From an uncultured Candidatus Saccharibacteria bacterium (lineage in GTDB: Bacteria; Patescibacteriota; Minisyncoccia; UBA6257; 1-14-0-10-44-23): a stretch of DNA of 64,000 nt. Below the pieces are notes generated by a model. It worked only from the letters and a program-made list of their open reading frames with translations, was not told where the DNA came from and did not search any database. How positions within the stretch are numbered: position 1 is the first letter of the stretch; each line of letters begins with the position of its first letter. The stretch is from the NCBI GenBank assembly GCA_964549935.1, contig CAZJVT010000002.1, forward strand, positions 121,336-185,335, given 5' to 3'. This document shows positions 8,643 through 17,217 of the stretch, piece by piece. The position numbers and the translations under genes are program-made.

Positions 8643-10370
8643 TTACAGTACCTCCTGCTGGTAACAGGCTTCGCAGTAGACTTTAAGGTTCCTGGCCGGA
8701 TCCCAGCCACTTTGCGTTTGCTTACCACAGAGACTACAAGATGTGACCCAGAGCTTGTAAGGTCGCTGCAATTCAAAACGAGCCCTTACGCGCTCTAAGG
8801 GATGCACTGTTGGCAGAGGCAGCTTTTTAGCACGATAAAAATCAAACTCAAATTGGGTCAGCCTAAATGGCTTACCGGATTGCTCGCAGATCAGTATTTT
8901 TTGCAGAATATCGCTGGGCACATTCGTGATGTCTTTTGGGATCGCCTCTCCACTCAAAACATTTGGCCCCGAAGGTGTGGTAACAATTTCAGCTTCTTCG
9001 TAATGCCAACCATTTGTTTTTATTTGTCCATCGGATAGAGGGAAAACTAGATTCGCATTTGAATCTTTGTAGGCGAAAGGATTTTCGGTAAGCGGAAAAA
9101 ATTCGCCGTACTCCCCGCGAGCGAGCATCGCTGTTTTTAGATCATCAACCAGCCTCCAGTATTCACTTTCTTCGTACTGCTTATTAAAAATACAAAACTT
9201 CTTATTTTTTAAAGCAATGCAGCCAAAAACATACTCGCAATTATTACATTCAGTGGAGTACTCTACATCATTTGAAACACGCACCATAACAGAAAATTTT
9301 GCGTTCTGGCATTTTGTTACCCCGGATGACTCATAAGCCTGGGATGAACCGCTCGAACCAAAAACATCCATCATCGTGTCGATGTTGTCCACATGCTGAA
9401 CGTACTTTAAGTCCTCTCCATTCACAATCTGGAAACAGTTTTTGCAGTTCTTTGTATGCCGCAATGTATTACCGGACGAGTTCTCGGTATATAAAGCGTC
9501 AACTGCCTTATGGATTGCTTTTTTGCATAACTCGCCGAAACGTTGTTCGTACTCCCGCAAAACATCTCTATCTCCTGTGTTGATTTCAGCCATCCTCTTT
9601 TGATACTCCTCTTTGGTCAGCTGTTCATTGAAAAAGCAATATTTTTTGTTACGCAAGTTAGTGCAACCAAAACAATTTGTGCAATTTTTGCAATCAAAAA
9701 GAAACCAGCTGTCTACGCAACTGATAGAGTCAGTGCAGAAAAAACAATTATATGACTGCTCAACAAGAGTGCACTCATAGCAGTTATCGCTCTCGAGGAG
9801 CCAGTTTGTATCAATTGAATTTTTTGAGCGAATTGGAATATAGCTGTATTGAATGTCCTCTGATTCGTAAGGAATCGAAACGTAATAGCAATTCTTTGCC
9901 TGCACTCCCGAAACTACATATTCACAATTAACGCTTTTTGGATCTTTACTAAGCGCTTGGCGTGGTGCCCGCTTACTAAGCGCGCTCCATTGTTCAAAAA
10001 ATGGAGCTTGCGGATCGAGTGGTTGGCCATACTCTGCCCCTTCCCAGCCGTCACCGTAATAGAAGGGGTCATCGAAAACAACTGCGGGGTTTTTAGCAGA
10101 ATAACAGGCCAGCATGCTTTCACTGTGGCCGGGCGCACTACATGGTCGACGATAAAACAGCGGAAGGAAGCTTACGCGATACCCCAGCCGCCGCTGCATG
10201 CGACAATTCGGACACAGTGTTGGCGGCGGCACTTTAAATTTCTTGTACCACTCAATGTCGTCAGCCTCAACTTTAAAAGTCGAAGAACACTGTCGACACC
10301 TGCGCTCGTGCGGCGCAAGCTCGCCAAGGATTTTTTTTATCGCTGCATCAAACTTCGGCGTTTTAGACAT
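8643..10370 (-). CDS. Large Cys-rich multi-zinc-ribbon protein with internal duplications. Function unknown.
   Basis: N-terminal ribbon C-x2-C...CP-x-C-R-x-QRR. Internal repeats NCxNCFGCTNLRNKKYCFFNEQ and ECNNCEYVFGCIALKNKKFCIFNKQ. C-terminal ribbon CSLCGKQTQSGWDPARNLKVYCEACYQQ. A paralog fragment lies at 1..217. Confidence 0.6.
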   Translation of the reverse strand: MSKTPKFDAAIKKILGELAPHERRCRQCSSTFKVEADDIEWYKKFKVPPPTLCPNCRMQRRLGYRVSFLPLFYRRPCSAPGHSESMLACYSAKNPAVVFDDPFYYGDGWEGAEYGQPLDPQAPFFEQWSALSKRAPRQALSKDPKSVNCEYVVSGVQAKNCYYVSIPYESEDIQYSYIPIRSKNSIDTNWLLESDNCYECTLVEQSYNCFFCTDSISCVDSWFLFDCKNCTNCFGCTNLRNKKYCFFNEQLTKEEYQKRMAEINTGDRDVLREYEQRFGELCKKAIHKAVDALYTENSSGNTLRHTKNCKNCFQIVNGEDLKYVQHVDNIDTMMDVFGSSGSSQAYESSGVTKCQNAKFSVMVRVSNDVEYSTECNNCEYVFGCIALKNKKFCIFNKQYEESEYWRLVDDLKTAMLARGEYGEFFPLTENPFAYKDSNANLVFPLSDGQIKTNGWHYEEAEIVTTPSGPNVLSGEAIPKDITNVPSDILQKILICEQSGKPFRLTQFEFDFYRAKKLPLPTVHPLERVRARFELQRPYKLWVTSCSLCGKQTQSGWDPARNLKVYCEACYQQEVL

Positions 10371-10422
10371 AGTTACTACTCAAATCTACTCTAGCTACTT
10401 TCTACTGTCTACTAACTACTGC
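10371..10422. repeat. 7-nt-periodic CTACT-type array making up the whole 52-nt spacer between the ATPase stop and the Cys-rich gene start
   Basis: agttact actcaaa tctactc tagctac tttctac tgtctac taactac tg. In mRNA sense this is NNAGTAG x7. Confidence 0.65.
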
Positions 10423-11928
10423 CTAAATCAGCGGCTCCGGGTTCTCCATAACCGGGGCTTGGGCAACACCGCCTTTGCCGCCGGTAATAATCGCCTTTTC
10501 CTGCGCGCTGCGAATGATTGTGGACTCCTCCTCCATAATCAACCTCTTGGCATCGCCAACCGGAATCGTGTACTTGCGGCGACTGGCCTCTACGATGCGG
10601 TCTTTGAAGTTCGCGTGGTTTGGCGGCATCACCTTGAGTGTCTTAGCTGAAAATGGGTCGTAGCTTTCTCCGTTGATCATCTCTTTGATATAAAACTCCT
10701 GCTTGCCCAGGTTGATCATATCTTTAACTTTAAAAATCGGTGCGAACTCGTCTTCAAGTACCACAGCGTCAGCGCCGCCGACACGAAAGGTAATAATCGT
10801 ACCAGTATTACCGAGTACGGCAGAAAGCACCTTTGGCAGCAGCTGGCCCATGTACTGGTGCGCGATCGTCAAACACAAACCGTACTTACGCGCCTCGGAC
10901 ATCAAGTTCTCGAATGTTTCGGTCACCACGTTTTGGAACTCGTCGATATAGAAATAAAAGTCTTTACGGTCACGCTCGTGCATACGCGCACGACTCATAC
11001 CCGCCTGCTTAATCTTCGTCACGAACATCGAACCGAAGAACGAGGAGTTTTCTTCGCCGAGTCGTCCCTTAGAAAGATTGATGAGCACAATCTTCTCCTC
11101 GTTCATCAACTTTTCCAAATCAATCTTGTTGGTTTTTTGTCCGAAAATATTGCGCAACATCGGATCAGACAAAAACTGCCCGAGCTTGTTGACGAGCGGG
11201 ATAATGGCGTCAGTATCAAACTTTTCACTCCAGTCCGCGAATTCAATTGCCCAGAAGCGCTTGACCATGTCGTCCTCGATATACTCGATAACCTTTTGGC
11301 GGTAGTTACGGTCAGTCAACATTGAAATCATGCCGCGCATCGTGGCGTGCGGGTAATCAAGTAAAGCGAGTGTGGTAAAACGAAACACGTGCTCCAGACG
11401 CGGCGTCCAGTTAGCACCGAACTGCTTTTCCATGACTTCGATAAGCCCCTGCGTCAACTGATGCTTAAACGCCGGGTCGACATTGGCGAGCGGATTAAAC
11501 GACGCCGGAAAGTCCATGTCAGACGGATCAATAATACAAACGTCTTCAATGCGTCGCTCCGGAATTGCGGCGAGCACGTCCTCGATGACGTCGCCGTGCG
11601 GATCCATCAAGCAAATGCCTTTGTTGAACTCTACATCCTGACGGATGAGCAACTCGAGTAGCTTTGTTTTACCAACGCCGCTTTTACCAATGATGTATAA
11701 ATGACGACGGCGATCGTCGCGCTTAATACCAAAAACGAACTTTTTCTCTTCCAGTGCAGCGACGTAGTTGGTGCGGCCGAAAAAGTTAATATCTTTCGGG
11801 TCAACTTTACCGAGCATCGGCAAATCGGGCGGCGGCGGTGCGTATTTAACAATCTGTACGCGAGCCGAAATCGGCGGGAGTTGCGCCGGTGTAGCAGCTT
11901 GCTGTGGTTTTACATCGTCTGGAGGCAT
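10423..11928 (-). CDS. Type IV coupling protein (VirD4/TraG)-like P-loop ATPase, paralog of 4677..6530
   Basis: Walker A IIGKSGVGKT, DPHGDV, DEFQNV and AHQ motifs; collinear similarity to 4677..6530. Confidence 0.7.
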   Translation of the reverse strand: MPPDDVKPQQAATPAQLPPISARVQIVKYAPPPPDLPMLGKVDPKDINFFGRTNYVAALEEKKFVFGIKRDDRRRHLYIIGKSGVGKTKLLELLIRQDVEFNKGICLMDPHGDVIEDVLAAIPERRIEDVCIIDPSDMDFPASFNPLANVDPAFKHQLTQGLIEVMEKQFGANWTPRLEHVFRFTTLALLDYPHATMRGMISMLTDRNYRQKVIEYIEDDMVKRFWAIEFADWSEKFDTDAIIPLVNKLGQFLSDPMLRNIFGQKTNKIDLEKLMNEEKIVLINLSKGRLGEENSSFFGSMFVTKIKQAGMSRARMHERDRKDFYFYIDEFQNVVTETFENLMSEARKYGLCLTIAHQYMGQLLPKVLSAVLGNTGTIITFRVGGADAVVLEDEFAPIFKVKDMINLGKQEFYIKEMINGESYDPFSAKTLKVMPPNHANFKDRIVEASRRKYTIPVGDAKRLIMEEESTIIRSAQEKAIITGGKGGVAQAPVMENPEPLI

Positions 11929-12034
11929 ATATAGTGTTCACGAACATACTAACTCACGAATCATACTAACGGCATAGTAAGATTGGAATTTTTTAGTTCG
12001 TATGCTTAGAGTGTTCGCATGTTAGTGATTACTG
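11929..12034. repeat. About 105-bp dispersed MITE-like repeat, copy 1 (second copy at 27066..27170)
   Basis: tatatagtgttcacgaacatactaac...gtatgcttagagtgttcgcatgttagtgattact. The ends are imperfect inverted repeats. It is nearly identical at both termini to 27066..27170. Confidence 0.6.
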
Positions 12035-12760
12035 TTAGAATTCCTTAAGCTCTTTTAAGAAATCTCGGAATGAAACAAGGGCTCGTTCAGCCTGATGACT
12101 GCTCATTTGGAAGCCCGGCGTGTGTGCGAGCTCGTTGCGCAAGCGGTGCGCCTCAAAAACTTTCTCAACTATTTTGCTACCGGTAAAACGAGCTTCGTTT
12201 AATCTGTCGGCAAAGGTCTCCCCTGGCATACCGCGCTGTTTTAGAACATGGTCAACGAGCGCGTCCGCTTCCATCACGGCCCAACGCAGGTTTTCCGGCG
12301 TACCCGTGTTGGCCCGATGCACAATATTAGACCAGTGACGCAGCGTCGCCGGATTGCCGGTCGGAGCATGCCCGCCATGAGCTGGTGCGTGCGCCTCGCC
12401 ATGCGCGCCGCCATGACCTCCGTGGGCATCGTGACCATGCTCGTGCGGCTTCAAGCCAAAGAGTGTCATTCCCTGTTTAAGTGGCCAGACGCGGACAAGT
12501 GCATACATACCCGTAATAATCAGAAGGATATCGAGGATGACAAAAATCGGCGTGATATTTTGCCGCCAAACGATTACAAAAACATCCCAGGCCTGAACCG
12601 CAAAGTCGCTAGCGCTAAAGCCGCTACCGAAGATACCGTGCTGTGTCCCCTCGACGAAGAAGGAAAGCCCGAGGTAGCCAAAAAACAAAGTTACGGCCGC
12701 CCAAACAGCCCAGACCTCTTGTTGGAGCAATTTGTGATGTATGTGGTGTCCGTCGGCCAT
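12035..12760 (-). CDS. Membrane protein with His/Gly-rich linker and a possible C-terminal HEPN-like (R-N-x-x-A-H) domain
   Basis: N-terminal TM helices; HEHGHDAHGGHGGAHGEAHAPAHGGH; C-terminal ...EAHRLRNELAHTPG. Confidence 0.5.
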   Translation of the reverse strand: MADGHHIHHKLLQQEVWAVWAAVTLFFGYLGLSFFVEGTQHGIFGSGFSASDFAVQAWDVFVIVWRQNITPIFVILDILLIITGMYALVRVWPLKQGMTLFGLKPHEHGHDAHGGHGGAHGEAHAPAHGGHAPTGNPATLRHWSNIVHRANTGTPENLRWAVMEADALVDHVLKQRGMPGETFADRLNEARFTGSKIVEKVFEAHRLRNELAHTPGFQMSSHQAERALVSFRDFLKELKEF

Positions 12761-12762
12761 AA

Positions 12763-14079
12763 TTATTTGAATTTATCTAAGACGCTTTCGTCAGCGTAAA
12801 TCGGCAAGCCGGCCGGAGCACCCATCTTACGACTCTCAACACGCTGCGTGAGCGGGCCGGTTGTGACTAAGATTGTCGGCGGGTGGAACAACGTGGCTAA
12901 CACTTCAGAGGTCAGAATATCGCTCCGCGAGCCCCACTTATTAAATGTGTGCCCGGAGAGCCACTGCCCCATCCACTCATGAATACCGAGCTCGCGTTCA
13001 ATCCAGAGGTGTAAATTTCGATTTTTACGTGCACGACGGCGAGTGCGTTTAAAAATAAACGGCGGGTCGAACCACCCCGGCTTGGTGTTCATGCGGTCAT
13101 TAAACACGAGACTGTTTAAGTCAGCTGCATTGTACTGCGCAAACGAACCTTTGATAGCACGTCGCGGCACACGGTCAGAAAAAATCTTACGCGGGGCAAC
13201 ATACAAAATACGGATGTTAGTATCAAACGCCGGCTTACTTAAATTGCGCTCAACGGCTTTTAAAATATCTGTCTGCCCCGGAGACTTTTGCAGAAGTGAC
13301 ATCTTGAGAGTGGCGGCAAGATCTTCCGCTGCTGCCCCGTGCCCCGCTCCTTTTGCCACCTGCGGCGTACGCAATTTTTCAACAATGTGTTCGTACTGAT
13401 GCCCCCAGTTTAAACCAGCAGGCGCAATATTGTACTGAATGCCGACAAACTCCTGCGGCCCGACGGCAGCGAGCGCCTCCATGAACACAGCCATCGGATC
13501 TACCTGATATTCTTCAGTGCTGCTTTCAAACTGCTGGTATGTTTTGATGGGATAGGCGGGATCTTTTGCAAATACGAACTCGTTGGCGTACAGATCCTTA
13601 CCGGCGAGCTCAAGCTCCAAGATATTGTGCGGAATCCACTTCGGCACGTAGTCTTCGGCCTCCACGATTTCTACCTCCGGGTATGTCGCGTACATCGCAC
13701 CTTTAAAAATACTGACGTACTGATCAAATACGCGGGCGTAAAAGTGAATCTCGCCGCCTAAGCTCACGACTTCAAACGTCCACCAAATAGTGATTTCACC
13801 GAGTCCATACTTTTCACCAATGTGGCCGGCCCAGTTACCCATACCGGAGATTGCGTGGAAAAACTGGTCCATACTGCGCGGACTGCGCGTAATTTCACGC
13901 GGCATTTTCATCTCTAAGAATTTGTAATTGAGCGAGACCTCGAAGGTACGATTACGCCAATACACCCACAGCGAGCGGACAACCGGGAACAAGAAAAAGA
14001 AAAGCGCCGCTGGCCAGATAGCCTTCAGAAATGAAATAATAACAGGTAGCGCAGCATCAAGCGCGTTTGAGAACCACAT
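12763..14079 (-). CDS. Hypothetical membrane-anchored protein. Its stop overlaps the start of 12035..12760.
   Basis: N-terminal hydrophobic segments followed by a large soluble domain; 3-nt gap to the downstream gene suggests an operon. Confidence 0.5.
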   Translation of the reverse strand: MWFSNALDAALPVIISFLKAIWPAALFFFLFPVVRSLWVYWRNRTFEVSLNYKFLEMKMPREITRSPRSMDQFFHAISGMGNWAGHIGEKYGLGEITIWWTFEVVSLGGEIHFYARVFDQYVSIFKGAMYATYPEVEIVEAEDYVPKWIPHNILELELAGKDLYANEFVFAKDPAYPIKTYQQFESSTEEYQVDPMAVFMEALAAVGPQEFVGIQYNIAPAGLNWGHQYEHIVEKLRTPQVAKGAGHGAAAEDLAATLKMSLLQKSPGQTDILKAVERNLSKPAFDTNIRILYVAPRKIFSDRVPRRAIKGSFAQYNAADLNSLVFNDRMNTKPGWFDPPFIFKRTRRRARKNRNLHLWIERELGIHEWMGQWLSGHTFNKWGSRSDILTSEVLATLFHPPTILVTTGPLTQRVESRKMGAPAGLPIYADESVLDKFK

Positions 14080-14117
14080 ACCTATACAGTATAGCAGAAA
14101 AGATGCCGAAAACGGTT

Positions 14118-14143
14118 CCGGGCGCCGCAGTAGCGGCGCCCGG
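14118..14143 (-). terminator. Hairpin ccgggcgccgc-agta-gcggcgcccgg downstream of the sigma-like gene. The same hairpin recurs at 23589..23614.
   Basis: 11-bp perfect stem. A near-identical copy with one substitution lies at 23589-23614 between dnaK and the next gene. Confidence 0.45.
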
Positions 14144-14159
14144 ATACCTACCTTCTCTC

Positions 14160-15221
14160 TTATTTAGCCATTGCCACGGCGTACTCGCCAGTCGGCATTC
14201 GCTTGAAATACTTTTTGTTCTGGAGGTTAAAGAGAATTGTCGTCTCTTTAAAGATTCGGTGCTTGAGCACTTTGGCGATCAAGTCCTTCGGCTTCATCGG
14301 ACCCTCACTCTGCAAAACGTGGAGCAAGATGTCGCGAATCGTACCGGCTGGAAGCGCATCGTGTTCGCGCAGGCTGTAGATACCGCGGCCAACGAGCAGG
14401 AAACGGCGGTCTTTGATGAGCTCGTTGTGAATAGTCTGGGTGTTAGTCTTGCGGCGTGGGCGCAAACGGCGAATCTCACCGGCGATTTCGTTAAAGTGGA
14501 GCGGCTTGCTCGCCTTTTTGAGAATCAAATAAATCCAGTCGCGAGAAACCTTCGGGCTTACCTCCGGCCACTCGGTCAAACCGAAGTCACCATACAAGTT
14601 GCTTCCGAACTTACGGCTGATATGCAAATAGTGACGAGCAACCTCGGCCTCAAGCTTGTGCAGCTCGCGAACTTCGTGGAAAAACTGTTCGAACTTTTTT
14701 TCGTTGATGGTCTCTCCTTTGCGCTCACGAAGGTGCTTAACCAGGGCGTCCAAAAACTCCTGCGCCTTCTGCTGGTGACCTTCAGAAAGGTGCCAGTGTG
14801 AGTTTAACTCCTCGTCCTCGCGGTGGTACAAAACTTCGCCGGAGATTTCAAGCAAAAAGCGAACCTGGTTGGCGAAGTTGACCGGCAAGTCCTTACCGCC
14901 ATCGGCAAAGTGCTTGAGGTCGGTCAGCAAGTGGTCCTCGCGGCGAACGCCACCGGTCTTTGTAAGCTCGCTGATAGCGTGTTTAACAAGCGCGGCGAGA
15001 TCTGAGCGCTGCATGTGCTTACGGACTTCGTTGATAGCTGAAGATTCAATCTGGCGGATGCGCTCACGGGTAACACCGAACGACTTACCAAGCTCGGCGA
15101 GGGTCTGTTCCTCTCCGGAATCCAGACCGTAACGCTTCGTCAGCACTTTGCGCTGGCGAGCATCAAGACCGGCAAAAAGTTGCTCAATAATCTGGGCTGT
15201 CGTTGGGTTGGTTTGTGTCAT
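14160..15221 (-). CDS. Sigma-70 region-4 domain protein (sigma-factor-like HTH DNA-binding protein)
   Basis: QRKVLTKRYGLDSGEEQTLAELGKSFGVTRERIRQIESSAI, a classic region 4.2 HTH. Confidence 0.6.
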   Translation of the reverse strand: MTQTNPTTAQIIEQLFAGLDARQRKVLTKRYGLDSGEEQTLAELGKSFGVTRERIRQIESSAINEVRKHMQRSDLAALVKHAISELTKTGGVRREDHLLTDLKHFADGGKDLPVNFANQVRFLLEISGEVLYHREDEELNSHWHLSEGHQQKAQEFLDALVKHLRERKGETINEKKFEQFFHEVRELHKLEAEVARHYLHISRKFGSNLYGDFGLTEWPEVSPKVSRDWIYLILKKASKPLHFNEIAGEIRRLRPRRKTNTQTIHNELIKDRRFLLVGRGIYSLREHDALPAGTIRDILLHVLQSEGPMKPKDLIAKVLKHRIFKETTILFNLQNKKYFKRMPTGEYAVAMAK

Positions 15222-15424
15222 GGGTTATAAAAAGCTATAAATTTGACAGTGTTGTATTGCTATTAAGGTAGCATTAATGGGATTTAATGTCAAACGCTAC
15301 CCCTTTCCGCTGCTCGAGCCACATGCAGTTTCTGCATTTGAATCGAGTGGCGGGCAGGAGCGTCGGTCTAAGACCGAGCTCCTGCGCCGTTTGCGACCTA
15401 GGCACCGGCTGAAACCGGTGATCC

Positions 15425-15991
15425 TCACTCTGCGTCATTGTGCTTGGCGAGGATCTGCCAGAGCACCTGCTCGATCGGACCGACCGAGTCCTTCGGGTCA
15501 GGATGAGCGCAGACGATGGGTGCATCGTTGGCCATCTTGTTTTCCCGGACGAGCCTCTTGAACGCCTTGCGACAGACACCGCAGGGCTCGAGCAACTCAG
15601 TCGGGACACCCGACTCGTTGTCGACTTGGATGTCGCCGACAACGCACCCGCCGATGATGTGGCGGTAGCCGGCACGCCACGCCTTGTGAATCGCGCGGCG
15701 CTCGGCGCAGCATTTCTTCCGCGGCTTCATCTCCTTGTGAGTGTGCCGCTTGATCTTCCTCCCGGCGACCTCGCCGCCGCTCTCGCAGAAACATTCATCC
15801 TTTTTGCGACAAGGACGCTTCATGTTTCCCGCGGAGAAGATCTGGAAGTCACCGCAGTCGTTTTCCGCCAAGAAGGCGGCGCCGACACAGAAACCGCGGT
15901 AACTATCCGCATCCTCGGCGTGTGCCACGCGCGCCGAGAGTATGAGGCCTTCCTTGCGAGCAAGGTAGGCAGCAAGCTTTCGGTCGTCCAT
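15425..15991 (-). CDS. CDA-fold cytidine/deoxycytidylate-type deaminase; high-GC cassette gene
   Basis: SYRGFCVGAAF...CCAERRAI...EPCGVCRKAF, i.e. C/H-A-E ... P-C-x2-C zinc motif. High GC. GGAGG ribosome-binding site 6 nt before the ATG. Confidence 0.55.
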   Translation of the reverse strand: MDDRKLAAYLARKEGLILSARVAHAEDADSYRGFCVGAAFLAENDCGDFQIFSAGNMKRPCRKKDECFCESGGEVAGRKIKRHTHKEMKPRKKCCAERRAIHKAWRAGYRHIIGGCVVGDIQVDNESGVPTELLEPCGVCRKAFKRLVRENKMANDAPIVCAHPDPKDSVGPIEQVLWQILAKHNDAE

Positions 15992-16041
15992 GGTGCACCT
16001 CCGAAAATGACCCGCAGAGTACGCCTCTGTGGTTAATGTAT

Positions 16042-16071
16042 ATTATATCACACAAATGCCTATTTTGTCAA
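16042..16071 (-). promoter_or_regulatory. Consensus sigma70-type promoter for the deaminase cassette
   Basis: Minus-strand sense TTGACA-18 nt-TATAAT, then about 45 nt of leader with GGAGG before the ATG at 15991. Confidence 0.55.
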
Positions 16072-16133
16072 TACCCCAGTACCAGAGCCTGCTGGCGCGG
16101 TACGGGGCTAAGGCTCAAAAAGTACATAACGAA

Positions 16134-16228
16134 AAAGCCCCCTCCAAAGGCGGGCAAGCCTGACGCGGGGCTTTAAGGATGCAGCAAGGGCAAAAAGCAA
16201 CCGGGCGGCCTACTGGCCGCCCGGTTGA
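16134..16228. repeat. U1 dispersed repeat module plus a 13-bp-stem hairpin that is the secDF terminator on the minus strand
   Basis: ccccctccaaaggcgggcaagcctgacgcggggctttaaggatgcagcaagggcaaaaagc, then caaccgggcggcc-tact-ggccgcccggttg. Minus-strand sense is hairpin followed by UUGCUUUUUGCCC. Confidence 0.6.
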
Positions 16229-16239
16229 AAATCCCCTAT

Positions 16240-16275
16240 TTACCCTACTGACTAACCGACTAACTGATTAGCCGG
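16240..16275. repeat. 7-nt-periodic CTAAC/CTGAC-type array abutting the secF stop
   Basis: cctactgactaaccgactaactgattagccggttaacg. Confidence 0.5.
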
Positions 16276-17202
16276 TTAACGATTCCGCTTACCCTGCCAG
16301 ACAACCAATAACGGGCTTGCGACGAAGATCGAAGAGTAGGTTCCGGCGATAGTACCAACGAGCATCGCGAGCACGAACCACTTCAAAGTCGCGGCACCGA
16401 GCAAGAATAAGACGGCGAGGACAATGAAGAGCGTCATCGACGTATTCAGCGAACGAGCAAAGGTCTCATTGATAGAACGGTTGACGAGGCCGCCGAAGTC
16501 TTCGTTGGCTTTACCGGTGCGAAGGTTTTCGCGAATGCGGTCGAAGACAACGATGGTGTCGTGTACCGAGAAACCGATGACGACGAGCACGGCGACGATG
16601 AAGTTGGTATCAACTTCGATGCCCATAAAGTGACCGAGGAAGGCAAACAGTCCGACCGGGATAATCGCGTCGTGGAACAAGGTGAGCAGCGTGATTAACG
16701 CGTACTTCCATGATGAAACCGGCTGGCTAACCTTGCGGAAGGCGTAGGCAACGTAAAGTGCGATAGCGATCAGGTTGATGCCGAAGGCCCAGAGCGCCTT
16801 ATCGGCAAGCTCGCGACCGATCGAAGCACCGATTGACTCAAAGGAGAGCTCGTCAAACTTTCCAAACTTTGCGCGAAACTCGGTGACCATCGCCTGGTGG
16901 GTCGGCTCGGTCATCTCTTTTGTTTTGACGATAAAGGTCGCCCCATCATCCTGCGGAGTCACGACGGCATCGGTAATCCCCTTAGCAACTAAAACCGCAG
17001 AAATGCTTTCCTGTGTCGGCTTCGCTAAAGTCGCCGGAGTTGTCGATGAAACAGCGACCGGAGTGAACTGGATCTGCCAGAGTGTACCTCCGGTAAAATC
17101 AATAGCCGGCTTAAGACCAAAACCAAAGTATCCGTAAATACTTGCGACAACGAGTACCGCCGAGAATCCGAGGAAGAGCCACTTGTGTTTGATGACGTTC
17201 AT
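16276..17202 (-). CDS. secF: Protein translocase subunit SecF
   Basis: MNVIKHKWLFLGFS...AIDFTGGT; six TM segments. Confidence 0.9.
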   Translation of the reverse strand: MNVIKHKWLFLGFSAVLVVASIYGYFGFGLKPAIDFTGGTLWQIQFTPVAVSSTTPATLAKPTQESISAVLVAKGITDAVVTPQDDGATFIVKTKEMTEPTHQAMVTEFRAKFGKFDELSFESIGASIGRELADKALWAFGINLIAIALYVAYAFRKVSQPVSSWKYALITLLTLFHDAIIPVGLFAFLGHFMGIEVDTNFIVAVLVVIGFSVHDTIVVFDRIRENLRTGKANEDFGGLVNRSINETFARSLNTSMTLFIVLAVLFLLGAATLKWFVLAMLVGTIAGTYSSIFVASPLLVVWQGKRNR

Positions 17203-17217
17203 ACGTGTATTTCTAGA

